Source: an uncultured Pseudomonadota bacterium
GTDB taxonomy: Bacteria; Pseudomonadota; Alphaproteobacteria; Rs-D84
Length of the DNA stretch: 64,000 nucleotides
NCBI GenBank assembly: GCA_902787305.1
Contig: CADAFS010000004.1
Coordinates: 5,582-69,581 of the forward strand
Reading direction: 5' to 3'
The position numbers and the translations under genes were made by a program. Positions 18,350 to 28,817 of the stretch are shown here, piece after piece (the first letter of the stretch is position 1; every line of letters begins with the position of its first letter). Under the pieces are notes generated by a model. It worked only from the letters and a program-made list of their open reading frames with translations. It searched no databases and was not told where the DNA came from.

Positions 18350-19411
18350 ATGATGAAGACCATAAATGGGTATTTTATACGGCAACTAACCATGATATTT
18401 ACGTTGTTGCTGCTTATTCTTACTGGACTTGCGTGGATGGTCCAGATTGTCGCCATGATGAAATTCTTGGTCAATTATGGTGTGGAACTTAGCAGTTTTT
18501 TAGGCCTTACCGCCATGATGATTCCGTTTATTGTTTCCATAATTTTGCCATTTGTGACATTTATTACGGTGCTGTTTGTATATAACAAAATGATTGGCGA
18601 TAACGAGGTTGTAGTTATGGCATCGTCGGGTTGTTCCCCAGCGCAAATCGCGCGACCGGCATTATTTTTGGCGGGGATTTTGGTTGCGGTGCATTTTGTT
18701 TTAAACCTTTGGGTTGTCCCAATTACCCAGGCAAAGTTTTACGACACACAATGGAATTTGCGATATGGACTTGCGCATATGAAATTACAAGAAGGCGCGT
18801 TTACGGAACTTTCCCGCGGGTTGGTTGTTTATGTGGATAAAGTTTCCGGACATGATTTAAGCCAGGTTATGTTGTCCGACATGCGCGATGCAAAATCCCA
18901 GGTCACAATTTTTGCAAAAACCGGTAAATTGGTTGCAACGATGCGCGGACTTTCCATTGTAATGATCGACGGTTCGTTGCATGCCGTAAATAATGGCAGT
19001 GTGATTGGAACATTTGATACATTTGATATGGATTTAAGTATCGCAGAAAAAAATAATGATACCGCGTTCAAGGCACGACGTATGTCAACGGGGACACTCT
19101 TTAAAAGTTTGCAAACGGAACTTGCGCCAAAGCAATATAAAACCGTTATGTCCGAACTTTGCAATCGGTTGTTTGGCCCAACAATGAATTTTATTTTGGT
19201 GGCGATTTGTTTGGCGGTGCTGTTGCGTTCTTCGCTGTTGCGGCGACGGACAAGCTTTGCACCCGCGATATCCGTCCTTTGCATGGGGGGCGTTATGGCG
19301 GCATTTATGTCGTTGTCGAATATGCTGGCGGGCGCTTTCGACCTTTGGTTGATGGGTGGCGGAATCGCATTGGTTTTATGTATAACAATGGTGATATTGT
19401 TGCGGAAATGA
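18350..19411 (+). CDS. LptF/LptG-family LPS export permease (synteny suggests LptG)
   Basis: YjgP/YjgQ-like N-terminus MKTINGYFIRQL and 6 TM-like segments. ATGA overlap with lptD. Confidence 0.75.
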   Translation: MMKTINGYFIRQLTMIFTLLLLILTGLAWMVQIVAMMKFLVNYGVELSSFLGLTAMMIPFIVSIILPFVTFITVLFVYNKMIGDNEVVVMASSGCSPAQIARPALFLAGILVAVHFVLNLWVVPITQAKFYDTQWNLRYGLAHMKLQEGAFTELSRGLVVYVDKVSGHDLSQVMLSDMRDAKSQVTIFAKTGKLVATMRGLSIVMIDGSLHAVNNGSVIGTFDTFDMDLSIAEKNNDTAFKARRMSTGTLFKSLQTELAPKQYKTVMSELCNRLFGPTMNFILVAICLAVLLRSSLLRRRTSFAPAISVLCMGGVMAAFMSLSNMLAGAFDLWLMGGGIALVLCITMVILLRK

Positions 19412-21420
19412 GACGGTTTATTATTGCCTTTTTATCGATTTTATGCACGCGCACCGCATTTCCAATAACGGTGAATCAAAATGAACCTACAACAATCAAG
19501 GCGGATAAAATTGAATACAATCTTAAATCCGGCACTTTGAAAACCGTTGGAAAAACCGAAATTACCAACAAATCTGGGCAAAAAATGACACTGCGCGATT
19601 CATACATTACAAATAATGGGAAAAATTTATCGGGCAATGATATTGAAATATGGTTGGGACCACATGTTTATCTTGAATCTGAAAATGTTTCGCGCGATGG
19701 CGATATAACGGTCGCAAAGTCCGCGACATTTACCGCGTGCAAAAATTGCGACAGTTATGGCGAAGCGTGGGAAATAACCGCAAAAAATGTTAGACACAAT
19801 CTTGATTCGCGAATGCTTTATTTCAAAAACATGGTGTTTTGGATTTATGATTTGCCGGTTATGTGGTTGCCTTATTTCAGTATGCCCGATCCCGGTGTTA
19901 AACATAAAACTGGTTTTTTAACGCCTAATTTGGAATCAACCAACAAAATGGGAACGCAAATAAATATCCCGGTGTATTTTTATATATCGGACACACATGA
20001 TTTGACAACAACATTTTCTTATTTAACCAAAGAAAACCCGCTGTTTCAATTGGAACATCGGTTGAATTTGTCGCATGCGGAATTTAGAACCCAAGGTTCA
20101 TTCACACACAATCGCGAAGGCGAAAATCGTTGGCATATATTTAATGATGATGTTATTGAATTGGGCGAAAATGCGCGCGCAAACATATTCTTGGACCGCG
20201 CGTCCGATAAAACATATTTGCAAAAATATGGATTCTATGAAGAGCAACCGTATTTGGATTCTGGGGCGCGTGTGGAATTATTCGGTCAATCGGGCTATGT
20301 AATTGCGGATGCACATATATTCCAAGAATTGCGTAATGACATGTATAACTATTCCGTGCCAAACGGAAATATATTGCCAAACGTTCGTGGCGTGTATCAA
20401 ACGAGTCCACTGTTTGCCGCGACATATGCGACATTTATGGGCGATATACTTGGGATATCGGGCGACGGAATTTCTTCACAACGTGTAATTGGCGAAGCGC
20501 GCATTACATCGCCATGGACACTTTTGGGTGGTAATCGCATAATCGCAAGTGTCGCCGCACGATATGATGTTTATAATTTCAACAATACGCCAATGGTTGA
20601 TGGCGATATTTACTCGGGTGTTCGCGACAGGTTTTTACCAAGTGGATATTTGGAATGGGGATTGCCATTATTTAGGCCCGGTGAAAAATGGACAAATGTG
20701 GTTGAACCGCGCGCGCGCCTAACCGTAATGCGGCACACACATGAAAATCAATTTGCGGTTGATAATGATTCCGCCGGTGCATTGTTATCAGATGCAACCT
20801 TGTTTTCGGCCAATCGTTTTTCGGGACTTGATTTATGGGAAAACGGAACATTCGCGGATTATGGGCTGCGTTGGGCGGCGTTTAACCCAGATGGCGAAAC
20901 AATTGAAACATTTTTTGGTCAAAGTTATGATTTTACACGGCGCGAAGCAACCGACCCCAATAGTGGTTTCCGCAACGGACAATCGGACTATGTTGGGCGC
21001 ATCGGGTATAATAATATGAAGTGGATGGATATATATTCGCGTTTTCGTTTTTCCCAGGAAAATTTTGGTCTGCGCCATATTGAAACAAATGCGGTTATCG
21101 GAACGCCAAGAAATTTTGTAAATGTTGGGCATATTTGGTCAAAGCAATTTGTCGATGTGCAAACCGTTGCGGAATCAATTCATGAATTCGCGGGCGGTGT
21201 TGGATTTGCAATAACCGACCGGTGGTCTGTACGGTGGACGGGAATATATAACGCGACCAATGACCGTTTTCAACAACACAGTGGTGCGGTATACTATGAA
21301 CATCCGTGTTATTATTTAAGTGTTGGATATCGGCGCGATAATGCGTACAAGGAAGATTATGTCGGAAACACGACTTTTCAATTTAGATTTGGAATAAGTA
21401 TGGACGGGAAACATTATTAA
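19408..21420 (+). CDS. lptD: LPS-assembly outer-membrane protein LptD
   Basis: Start at ATG 19408, overlapping the lptF/G stop. Signal-like N-terminus, OstA-like N domain, large aromatic-rich beta-barrel region; position lptG-lptD-surA. Confidence 0.75.
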   Translation: MRRFIIAFLSILCTRTAFPITVNQNEPTTIKADKIEYNLKSGTLKTVGKTEITNKSGQKMTLRDSYITNNGKNLSGNDIEIWLGPHVYLESENVSRDGDITVAKSATFTACKNCDSYGEAWEITAKNVRHNLDSRMLYFKNMVFWIYDLPVMWLPYFSMPDPGVKHKTGFLTPNLESTNKMGTQINIPVYFYISDTHDLTTTFSYLTKENPLFQLEHRLNLSHAEFRTQGSFTHNREGENRWHIFNDDVIELGENARANIFLDRASDKTYLQKYGFYEEQPYLDSGARVELFGQSGYVIADAHIFQELRNDMYNYSVPNGNILPNVRGVYQTSPLFAATYATFMGDILGISGDGISSQRVIGEARITSPWTLLGGNRIIASVAARYDVYNFNNTPMVDGDIYSGVRDRFLPSGYLEWGLPLFRPGEKWTNVVEPRARLTVMRHTHENQFAVDNDSAGALLSDATLFSANRFSGLDLWENGTFADYGLRWAAFNPDGETIETFFGQSYDFTRREATDPNSGFRNGQSDYVGRIGYNNMKWMDIYSRFRFSQENFGLRHIETNAVIGTPRNFVNVGHIWSKQFVDVQTVAESIHEFAGGVGFAITDRWSVRWTGIYNATNDRFQQHSGAVYYEHPCYYLSVGYRRDNAYKEDYVGNTTFQFRFGISMDGKHY

Positions 21421-21432
21421 AAAGGAGAAGAA

Positions 21433-22257
21433 ATGAAAAAATTTGTTTTGTTTATAATGTTGGCTTTTGTTGGATTTTATGCAAATGCGGCGACGGTTAT
21501 TGCAACGGTTGACGGCAAACCGGTGACCGATACCGATATTACCGCGCGAACAAAACTTATGGCGCGTCAAGGCAACACATCAACCGACAATCGGCGCCAG
21601 GCATTACAGAACATAATCGACGACAGTGTGAAATTAAACTATGCCGCAAAATTTAATGCGGTTCCGTCCGACAAAGATGTAGATAGCGAATTAAAACGTA
21701 TGGATTTGGGTGATTTAAGTGCGTCTGAACGCGAAATGGCACGCAGCGCCGTCCGCGCAAACATCGCATGGCAGGTAATAGTTGCCCGAACAATTATGCC
21801 GACGGTTGACGTTTCTGATGAAGATATAAAAAACGAAAAAACAACACTTGAACGCGAACATGGATTGCCAATTGAAATGACTATGGTGCGTTTGCTTTCC
21901 GTGCCGGACGATGTTGTAAAAAAACTAAGCACACCTAAAAGTTGCGATGATGCAATAAATATCGCGACGCGTCTTGGCGGGGCGCCACAAAAATTCACCG
22001 CGGCCCAGTATGAATTGGCATCTGATATTCGTGAACGCATTGCGGGGCTGAAAAAACTAACCTGGTCAAAGCCAACCGCGGATGGTTCGGTGTTTCTGAT
22101 TTGCGACACAAAAAAGACCAAGGAATATGGAAAACTTGATAACATAATAAAACAAAATGCGATATATAAACAATCTATGTTTATCGCGGACCAGCAACTT
22201 AAACAACTACGCCGGCGTGCGGTTGTGATTATAAATGACGACAGGTATAAAATATAA
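21433..22257 (+). CDS. SurA-like periplasmic chaperone (short form)
   Basis: Signal peptide MKKFVLFIMLAFVGFYANA and its position after lptD. No clear parvulin signature seen. Confidence 0.5.
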   Translation: MKKFVLFIMLAFVGFYANAATVIATVDGKPVTDTDITARTKLMARQGNTSTDNRRQALQNIIDDSVKLNYAAKFNAVPSDKDVDSELKRMDLGDLSASEREMARSAVRANIAWQVIVARTIMPTVDVSDEDIKNEKTTLEREHGLPIEMTMVRLLSVPDDVVKKLSTPKSCDDAINIATRLGGAPQKFTAAQYELASDIRERIAGLKKLTWSKPTADGSVFLICDTKKTKEYGKLDNIIKQNAIYKQSMFIADQQLKQLRRRAVVIINDDRYKI

Positions 22258-23342
22258 TGAAAACCGTATTATTTAATTTAACCGGCGCGGAATTGGAAAA
22301 GTTTGTCACCGACATGGGGCAACCGCGTTTTCGCGCAAAACAGATTTCAGAATGGCTGTCGCGCGGGGCACCTGATTTTTCGGCGATGAAAAATTTGCCC
22401 GAAAAATTGCGTAATGATTTGGACGCGTGTGCGGAAACTTTGCCGGTAAAAATTGTGAAAAAACTGCAATCGTCCGACGGACAAACAACCAAGTTTTTAT
22501 TGGAACTGTGCGATGCGGAACAAATCGAATGCGTTTTAATGCGCACAAGTTATGGCAATAGTGTTTGTGTCAGTTCCCAGGCCGGATGCGCAATGGGGTG
22601 CAAATTTTGTGCAAGTACGTTGCTTGGGCTTAAACGCAATTTAACGGTGAACGAAATTTTTGCACAAATACTTGTCGCACAATGGGAACTGCGCAATGAC
22701 AAGTTTTCTGAAAAATCCATACGCGCGAACGGCGATGCAAACAATGATGATGTGTCGCACATTGTGATTATGGGCACGGGCGAACCGTTGCAAAATGTGC
22801 AAAATGTTATTGGGTTTATGGAACGCGCAAATGGCGAAATGGGAATCGGGTGGCGACGTATTACGGTTTCAACCTGTGGAATTGTGCCGGGGATATATGA
22901 ATTGATTGATTGGGGGCGACCGATAAATTTGGCGATATCGCTGCATGCGCCGAACGATGAATTGCGCCGGAAATTGATGCCGATTGCGAACAAATATAGT
23001 ATTGCGGAAATAATGGATGCGGCACTTCAGTTTACCGACTTGCATAATCGGCAATTGATGATAGAATACTTGCTGGTTGCGGACAAAGACGGCAATTTAT
23101 TGAACGCAACAAATGAATGCGCGGAACAATTGTCGGACCTGGTACGTGGGAAAAATTGCATGGTAAATTTAATTCCATGGAACACGGTCGCGGAACGTGA
23201 ATTTACCGCGCCATCGGGCAATGCGGTACATCGATTCCAAGATGTGCTAATTAAAAACGGAATTCATGCACGCATACGACGCGAACGTGGAACGGATATT
23301 GGCTCTGCGTGCGGACAGTTACGAATTAAAGGAAAAAATTAA
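22257..23342 (+). CDS. rlmN: 23S rRNA/tRNA m2A methyltransferase, radical SAM
   Basis: CxxxCxxC (GCAMGCKFCAST), MGTGEPL, and C-terminal GSACGQL with the second catalytic Cys. Confidence 0.9.
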   Translation: MKTVLFNLTGAELEKFVTDMGQPRFRAKQISEWLSRGAPDFSAMKNLPEKLRNDLDACAETLPVKIVKKLQSSDGQTTKFLLELCDAEQIECVLMRTSYGNSVCVSSQAGCAMGCKFCASTLLGLKRNLTVNEIFAQILVAQWELRNDKFSEKSIRANGDANNDDVSHIVIMGTGEPLQNVQNVIGFMERANGEMGIGWRRITVSTCGIVPGIYELIDWGRPINLAISLHAPNDELRRKLMPIANKYSIAEIMDAALQFTDLHNRQLMIEYLLVADKDGNLLNATNECAEQLSDLVRGKNCMVNLIPWNTVAEREFTAPSGNAVHRFQDVLIKNGIHARIRRERGTDIGSACGQLRIKGKN

Positions 23343-23387
23343 AGGGGGGCATATCGGGGAGAGAGCAGGATTAAAAAAGGAGAAAAC

Positions 23388-24164
23388 ATGAACATAGAAT
23401 ATATAACCTGCAGCGGTATCGGTCCACATAACGATATATCAGAAATTATCAATCTTGGCAAAAATTATGAAAATGCAGAATTTGCGGTTCAGGTAAGTCG
23501 TGAAAAATTTTTCCCATATAATGATAGGTATAATTTCTTTCGAACATTGGTTGCCACATGCACCGTGAATGACGTGAATCTTGCAATGCATGTGAATCTT
23601 GAATATAGGACAGATTTGTGTCGCGGAATTGTCCCGGAATTTTTTCAAGATTTATGGACTATCAAGCGTCAAAAAGGAACACAGAATGCGGACAAACCTG
23701 TTATCGGTCGTGTCCAGATAAATATAAACGGCGGAAATGATAAATTTAAGTTTTATGCCGATAAAGTCGCAGACATAATTCGCGCATACCCGGATATTAA
23801 ATTTATTTTTCAATATGCGCCGGCACAGCATGAACGCGTTTCGAAACTTGATAAAAAACATGTATCATTTGCGCTATTGTATGATGCATCAGGTGGGCGC
23901 GGTATTTCCCCAGAAACGTGGGACGCACCGGTTTTTCAAAGTCATCAAATGGGGTACAGCGGGGGTATATCGCCGGATAATGTTGTTAATAACCTAAATG
24001 ATATAAACGAAATTTTACCCATGGATTATTCGACATGGATTGATGCCGAAGGAAAATTAAAAAGCCCCGATAATAATGGCAAAAAACTGTTCGATATCGC
24101 GTTGGCCGAAAAATATATAGAACGCGCATATCAATGGCAAGTGAAAAACGGGTACAATCGGTAA
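23388..24164 (+). CDS. hypothetical protein with weak TrpF (phosphoribosylanthranilate isomerase)-like C-terminal motifs
   Basis: LLYDASGGRGISPETWD...GYSGGISPDNV resembles LLDxxGGTGxxFDW...LAGGLxPxNV of TrpF; recalled similarity only. Confidence 0.35.
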   Translation: MNIEYITCSGIGPHNDISEIINLGKNYENAEFAVQVSREKFFPYNDRYNFFRTLVATCTVNDVNLAMHVNLEYRTDLCRGIVPEFFQDLWTIKRQKGTQNADKPVIGRVQININGGNDKFKFYADKVADIIRAYPDIKFIFQYAPAQHERVSKLDKKHVSFALLYDASGGRGISPETWDAPVFQSHQMGYSGGISPDNVVNNLNDINEILPMDYSTWIDAEGKLKSPDNNGKKLFDIALAEKYIERAYQWQVKNGYNR

Positions 24165-24257
24165 AAAAATTTCAAATTGCCATTATTACCCTATTGACTT
24201 TTTTTTATAAAAGGTGCTAGGATTCAGGCGGATTAGTAAAATCAAAGGAGAAAACAC

Positions 24258-24635
24258 ATGAAAAAAATACTTATCTATGGTGTCGCGGTCGCCGCTATTG
24301 CGGGATGTTCGGCAAAGGAAGAAACAAAAGAAGTCAAGGTTTTTGATGCATCTTGTGAAAAGGTCGCCGTTTTCGAACAGGGCGATATGATTGTGAAATG
24401 CCCGACCAATGAAACATTGTCTTCGTTGCAAGACCAAACCCCAACTGGTATGTTTGTTCAAGGCGAAGGTTTCGATTTTGCCAGCGCGGCCGCGGATGCG
24501 GAACATGTCTATGTGAACGTTATTCCGGCGGGCGCGTATGAATGGGCGACATATAAAGAATACCGCATAATGGTGAAAAATCCGGTTATGGATGAAAATT
24601 CCCTTTATACCGTTAGCGTTGTGGTTCAAGAATAA
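24258..24635 (+). CDS. small lipoprotein
   Basis: SD aaaggaga; lipobox AIAGC at residues 15-19. Confidence 0.6.
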   Translation: MKKILIYGVAVAAIAGCSAKEETKEVKVFDASCEKVAVFEQGDMIVKCPTNETLSSLQDQTPTGMFVQGEGFDFASAAADAEHVYVNVIPAGAYEWATYKEYRIMVKNPVMDENSLYTVSVVVQE

Positions 24636-24653
24636 TTGAATTTTTGTGTAATG

Positions 24654-24682
24654 AAAAACCATCGGTTTTCCGATGGTTTTTT
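24654..24682. terminator. bidirectional intrinsic terminator
   Basis: aaaaaccatcgg-ttttc-cgatggtttttt between convergent genes. Confidence 0.7.
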
Positions 24683-24696
24683 ATTGTGTAAAAATT

Positions 24697-25230
24697 TTAT
24701 TTTCCCAACAATTCAACACATTCCTTGGTCAACACTTTTAATTGGTCTTCTATTTCCCGACCGTGGTTATAGTATTCGGTTATTTGTTCGATACTAAGGT
24801 TTTCAAACATTTTGTTTGCCGCGCATTTGCAATACTCTGACGCTATACCCAACCCAGCCCCAGATTCCATCGCGCTTTCGACACATTGTTCTGTTATTGC
24901 CGATATAATTTGTTCTTTGGTATCAGAATCTGGCGAATCTAATAATATACCGACACATTCTTTGGCCGAAAGTTCCATCAACTGTTCAATCGTACGCCCA
25001 TGTTTATAGTATTCGGTTATTTGTTCCACAGATAATTCAGATACAACCTTTAACAAAACACAATTACAGTAATCCGAAGCCATTCCAAGTCCGGCACCAT
25101 CTTCCACCATACTATCAACGCATTCTTCCATCGCAGAATCAACAAATTCACGTCCAATTTCAGAATCTGGGCTTACCGCAAATGCCCCGGTACAAGCCAT
25201 CATAATAAATAAAGCAAAGATTTTTTTCAT
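24697..25230 (-). CDS. secreted Cys-containing protein made of two tandem ~75-aa repeats
   Basis: Signal peptide MKKIFALFIMMACTGAFA. Repeats share ...GAGLG[MI]AS[DE]YC.C....LS[VI]EQITEYY.HGR.IE...KECV. Confidence 0.6.
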   Translation of the reverse strand: MKKIFALFIMMACTGAFAVSPDSEIGREFVDSAMEECVDSMVEDGAGLGMASDYCNCVLLKVVSELSVEQITEYYKHGRTIEQLMELSAKECVGILLDSPDSDTKEQIISAITEQCVESAMESGAGLGIASEYCKCAANKMFENLSIEQITEYYNHGREIEDQLKVLTKECVELLGK

Positions 25231-25525
25231 AATTCCCCCCTTTATGTGCCAAGTGTATTATTTTTAATTATGTTTGGTCAATATAAAGTTGCAAAAAATT
25301 CGAAATTGGAATATAATCACAATGTGTCAGAAAGGAGTAAAAAATGCTAACCCTTATATTTGTGATATTAAAACTAACAAACGTGTTAAATTGTTCTTGG
25401 TGGTGGATTGTTTTAACATTGTTATTGGATTTTGGTGTTATACGGATTTTGTAATTGCCACAATAAAACCACAGGGCCCGCGCACGACGGGTCTTTTTTC
25501 AGCATAGATTTAAAAGGGGAATTTT

Positions 25526-25804
25526 ATGAATAATTTTTTAGGCGAAATCGTGGGTTATTTATCTGGTGTTTGCACGACACTGGCATTTTTACCCCAGGCA
25601 ATAAAGTCCATTACCACAAAAAACGTGTCGGGCCTTTCCCTGTATATGTATATCATATATTGCATGGGGTTGGTGTTTTGGATTCTTTACGGTGTGTATT
25701 TGCATTCATTTCAAATAATGTTGTTCAACAGCATTACACTGGTGTTCAATGGAATAATACTATACATGATAATTAAATCCAATTCGAAGAATAAGAAAAA
25801 ATAG
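25526..25804 (+). CDS. SemiSWEET / PQ-loop family transporter
   Basis: 92 aa, three TM helices, LPQ motif in TM1 (TLAFLPQAIKS). Confidence 0.7.
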   Translation: MNNFLGEIVGYLSGVCTTLAFLPQAIKSITTKNVSGLSLYMYIIYCMGLVFWILYGVYLHSFQIMLFNSITLVFNGIILYMIIKSNSKNKKK

Positions 25805-25870
25805 AGAAAATAGGATGTTGATTTTTTAATATATTGTTTTTACAATAAGAACACATCAAGGAGAAATTGT

Positions 25871-26677
25871 ATGAAAAAACTTATTGCCTTAATCTCGGCA
25901 TTATTTTTATCAGCATGTAATGAAAATGACAATGTTGCAATCAACCAAATGAACATAACTACTCGACCACTAACGGCAGAAGAATCATGGGAAAATATTT
26001 TACACAATCATGATATGTATTACAGCGAACTTAAACAATTTTATCCAGAGGTTGATACTTTTATTCCTTTCCCTGGCAATAAAGATATGGAATCTATGTA
26101 CAATAAAGAGGTGTTAACAACCAAAGAAATTGAAAAATATCGTAATATTGTTATAAATGAACTTTATGATATTAAAACATTAAATCGTTTAGACAATGTG
26201 TTTCAACAATATGTAATACCCGAATTACAAAATAAAACAAATGAATATTTAGTGTCGTTATTATCATCATGGAATACACAATTACCAGAAAAATTAGAAA
26301 TATTTTATTTTTACGACTATGGCAGTTATTATAATTATCCAATAAATGGTGTTGCATCAATATATTTTGGTGTAAACAACCCTTCGTTTAGCGCAGACAA
26401 TCCGTTTGATGATAAAGATAAAATATTTAGTTTGGTATTTCATGAATTCATACATACTTTAATAGAAATACCAATAATTCGTGAATACGGTGTTCCGCAA
26501 GATTTAAAAGAACGCATAGTTGATTTGATTTGTTATGAATTTATAAAACGGCCAGTTCAAAAAGATTTTGAAAATTCTTTTGCAAATGCATATATAACCC
26601 CAGATGTGATAAGAACCGATTTGCCCGGTGCAGTTAAAAAAATGATGAAAGATTACAAGGCAGCACAGAAAAAATGA
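25871..26677 (+). CDS. lipoprotein with HExxH (putative zinc metallopeptidase)
   Basis: Lipobox LSAC; VFHEFIHTLIE motif; AT-rich. Confidence 0.5.
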   Translation: MKKLIALISALFLSACNENDNVAINQMNITTRPLTAEESWENILHNHDMYYSELKQFYPEVDTFIPFPGNKDMESMYNKEVLTTKEIEKYRNIVINELYDIKTLNRLDNVFQQYVIPELQNKTNEYLVSLLSSWNTQLPEKLEIFYFYDYGSYYNYPINGVASIYFGVNNPSFSADNPFDDKDKIFSLVFHEFIHTLIEIPIIREYGVPQDLKERIVDLICYEFIKRPVQKDFENSFANAYITPDVIRTDLPGAVKKMMKDYKAAQKK

Positions 26678-26772
26678 TAATAAACTGTTCGAAAATTGGT
26701 AAAAATTAACATGTTTCAGACATGTTATTTTCGAACTGCTCGAATAATATAAAATCCAACAAAAAACCGCAC

Positions 26773-26814
26773 TGTTAAAGTGCGGTGTATCTTTTGGTGG
26801 GAGTATGCTTGCAC
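26773..26814. repeat. 42-bp direct repeat, distal copy (includes a 10-nt pseudo-3' end of tRNA-Tyr)
   Basis: aaaaccgcactgttaaagtgcggtgtatcttttggtgggagt; one mismatch versus 28818-28859. Confidence 0.85.
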
Positions 26815-26961
26815 TAATCGAGCAGAAAACAAACAAGAATTTTCTGATTTAATGCAAGAAGTGAAGCTGTTTAAAGAAAAGTGGTTATGATTTCACCCAT
26901 GGGTGAAATTTGACTGACTTTTTATTTCATGGTACAATAGTAGACAGTAAAAGGATAAACG

Positions 26962-27390
26962 ATGAGAAAACTTTTCGTATTATTTACATTTGTTGTACTT
27001 TGTGGTTGTGTAGGAAGTCAAGATTCGGCAACAAAAAAACAAACTCAGTTGTGTCAGGAGGCCGGTTTAGAATTTAATACTGAAGAATGTTCAAAATATA
27101 TAATAGAACTAGAGAAACGTTTATTAGAAGAACAACAAAAACAGATACAGGAAAGAAATAAAAATTGGTGTGCGGAAGTTGGACTAAAGTTTAATACATC
27201 AGAGTGTGCTCAATATATAATCAATAAAGAAAATCAAATAATGCAAAACGAGAATCAACGCGAACAAATAGATGTATTGAAACAATCTAACAAAATTCAA
27301 GAAAGAGCAATAAAATGTAGAGGCATAAAAGGCAATTCAGGATATGGTGATTGGGGTAATTCTTTTATGCGTGGATTCTATGGATGTTAA
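26962..27390 (+). CDS. small lipoprotein with internal duplication
   Basis: Lipobox LCGC; repeats CQEAGLEFNTEECSKYII / CAEVGLKFNTSECAQYII. Confidence 0.55.
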   Translation: MRKLFVLFTFVVLCGCVGSQDSATKKQTQLCQEAGLEFNTEECSKYIIELEKRLLEEQQKQIQERNKNWCAEVGLKFNTSECAQYIINKENQIMQNENQREQIDVLKQSNKIQERAIKCRGIKGNSGYGDWGNSFMRGFYGC

Positions 27391-27443
27391 TATAAAATAC
27401 TTGATAAACTTGAATAAACAAAAAGGTTAGATTTCTAACCTTT

Positions 27444-28562
27444 TTATAATCCCATCTCAATAATATCTATATATTCTTTGTAAGCATATATTCGATAACG
27501 TTGTTTATTATTTATTTGAACCAAAATCCCTTCAGATTCTAATTTTTTTACCAAAGTGTTTGCTGTTGCATTTGTTACACCAAGTTCTTCTTGTAATTCT
27601 TTAATTGTAATAACAGGATTATTCAATAAAATATCAAAAGCTTTGATAGCTGTTCCTGTTTGTAATCGAGCTCTGTCTCTGTTTTCTAAAGCAATAATTC
27701 TTTTTGTGGTTGTCATTGTTTGTTCTGAAACAGCAATAACCCCCTCTAAGAAGAAGCGTATCCACTGAATATAATCACCTGTATCCCGAACTTTTGTTAA
27801 TGAAGAATAATACTCATTTTGTTTCTTCTTTAAATACAAACTTATGTATAAAGTTGGCGAATAAAGAATTTCTTTATCTATTAAAAATAACAATATCAAT
27901 AACCTACCTATACGACCATTACCATCTTGGAAAGGGTGTAATGTTTCAAACTGATAATGAATCAATGCTGCTTTTATCAAATTAGGATGAATGCCTTGAT
28001 GAATATAATTTTCAATATCATTCATATAAACATCAATATCGGTTGCAACAGGTGGTACATATACAGCATCAGATGGACCTGTGCCACCAATCCAATTTTG
28101 TGATGTTCTAAATTCGCCAGGAGTTTTAAACTGTTCGCCTCCACGAACACCAGACATTAAAACCCTGTGACACATACGTAATAATCGTCCAGACAAAGGA
28201 AGCCCTTTGGGGTTTTGTAAACTATCAACCCCAAAAGTTAATGCTTTAAAATAATTTCTTACTTCCATAACATCTACATTGGAAGGTTTTGAACCTTCTT
28301 TTTCTAAAATCTCAACCAATGTAGATTGGGTGCCTTCTATTTGAGAAGACAATAAAGATTCTTTTAAAGCATACCTTTCTGTTAATAATTTAGGATTTGG
28401 CAACATTTTTTCCAAAGCTCTTAATTCTCCGACAGCTAAATTTGCACGATCAACCAGAGCTTGTATATCAGATAAGTCCAAATCTTTTTCAATAACATTT
28501 AACTTTTCTGGCACAAAAGCTTTGTAGCCTTTCCCTGTTTCTATATAATTTCCACTGTTCAT
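27444..28562 (-). CDS. Fic-family protein (AMPylase-type) with intramolecular inhibitory motif
   Basis: Fic motif HPFQDGNGRIGRLL. N-terminal SSQIEGT matches the [ST]xxxE[GN] inhibitory helix. C-terminal wHTH-like tail. Confidence 0.85.
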   Translation of the reverse strand: MNSGNYIETGKGYKAFVPEKLNVIEKDLDLSDIQALVDRANLAVGELRALEKMLPNPKLLTERYALKESLLSSQIEGTQSTLVEILEKEGSKPSNVDVMEVRNYFKALTFGVDSLQNPKGLPLSGRLLRMCHRVLMSGVRGGEQFKTPGEFRTSQNWIGGTGPSDAVYVPPVATDIDVYMNDIENYIHQGIHPNLIKAALIHYQFETLHPFQDGNGRIGRLLILLFLIDKEILYSPTLYISLYLKKKQNEYYSSLTKVRDTGDYIQWIRFFLEGVIAVSEQTMTTTKRIIALENRDRARLQTGTAIKAFDILLNNPVITIKELQEELGVTNATANTLVKKLESEGILVQINNKQRYRIYAYKEYIDIIEMGL

Positions 28563-28817
28563 AACAACCTCTTTTTTATCATGTTTTATTATAATTACGA
28601 GTACAACATAACAAAATAATTATAAAAAATCAACAAAAATTATAATTAAAAAGTTTTTGTTGTAAGTAATTATACCAATCTATAATTATGCAAACAAACA
28701 GTCAAAAAAGTGTTGGATTTCTAACATTTTTTTACAACACTGTTCGAAGATTGGTGAAAAACGGTGTTTTTTGGATATGCTTTCTTCGAACCATTAAAAG
28801 TATTGTAAATCTAAAAG

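Noticed and set aside
19159-19407. Long upstream extension of the lptD ORF
   Set aside because: It lies entirely inside the lptF/G-family gene in another frame. The ATG at 19408 overlaps the upstream stop (ATGA) and gives a sensible N-terminus.
24186-24662. 158-aa minus-strand ORF
   Set aside because: It overlaps the plus-strand lipoprotein gene, which has a good SD, a lipobox and a terminator. The minus ORF has no start signals.
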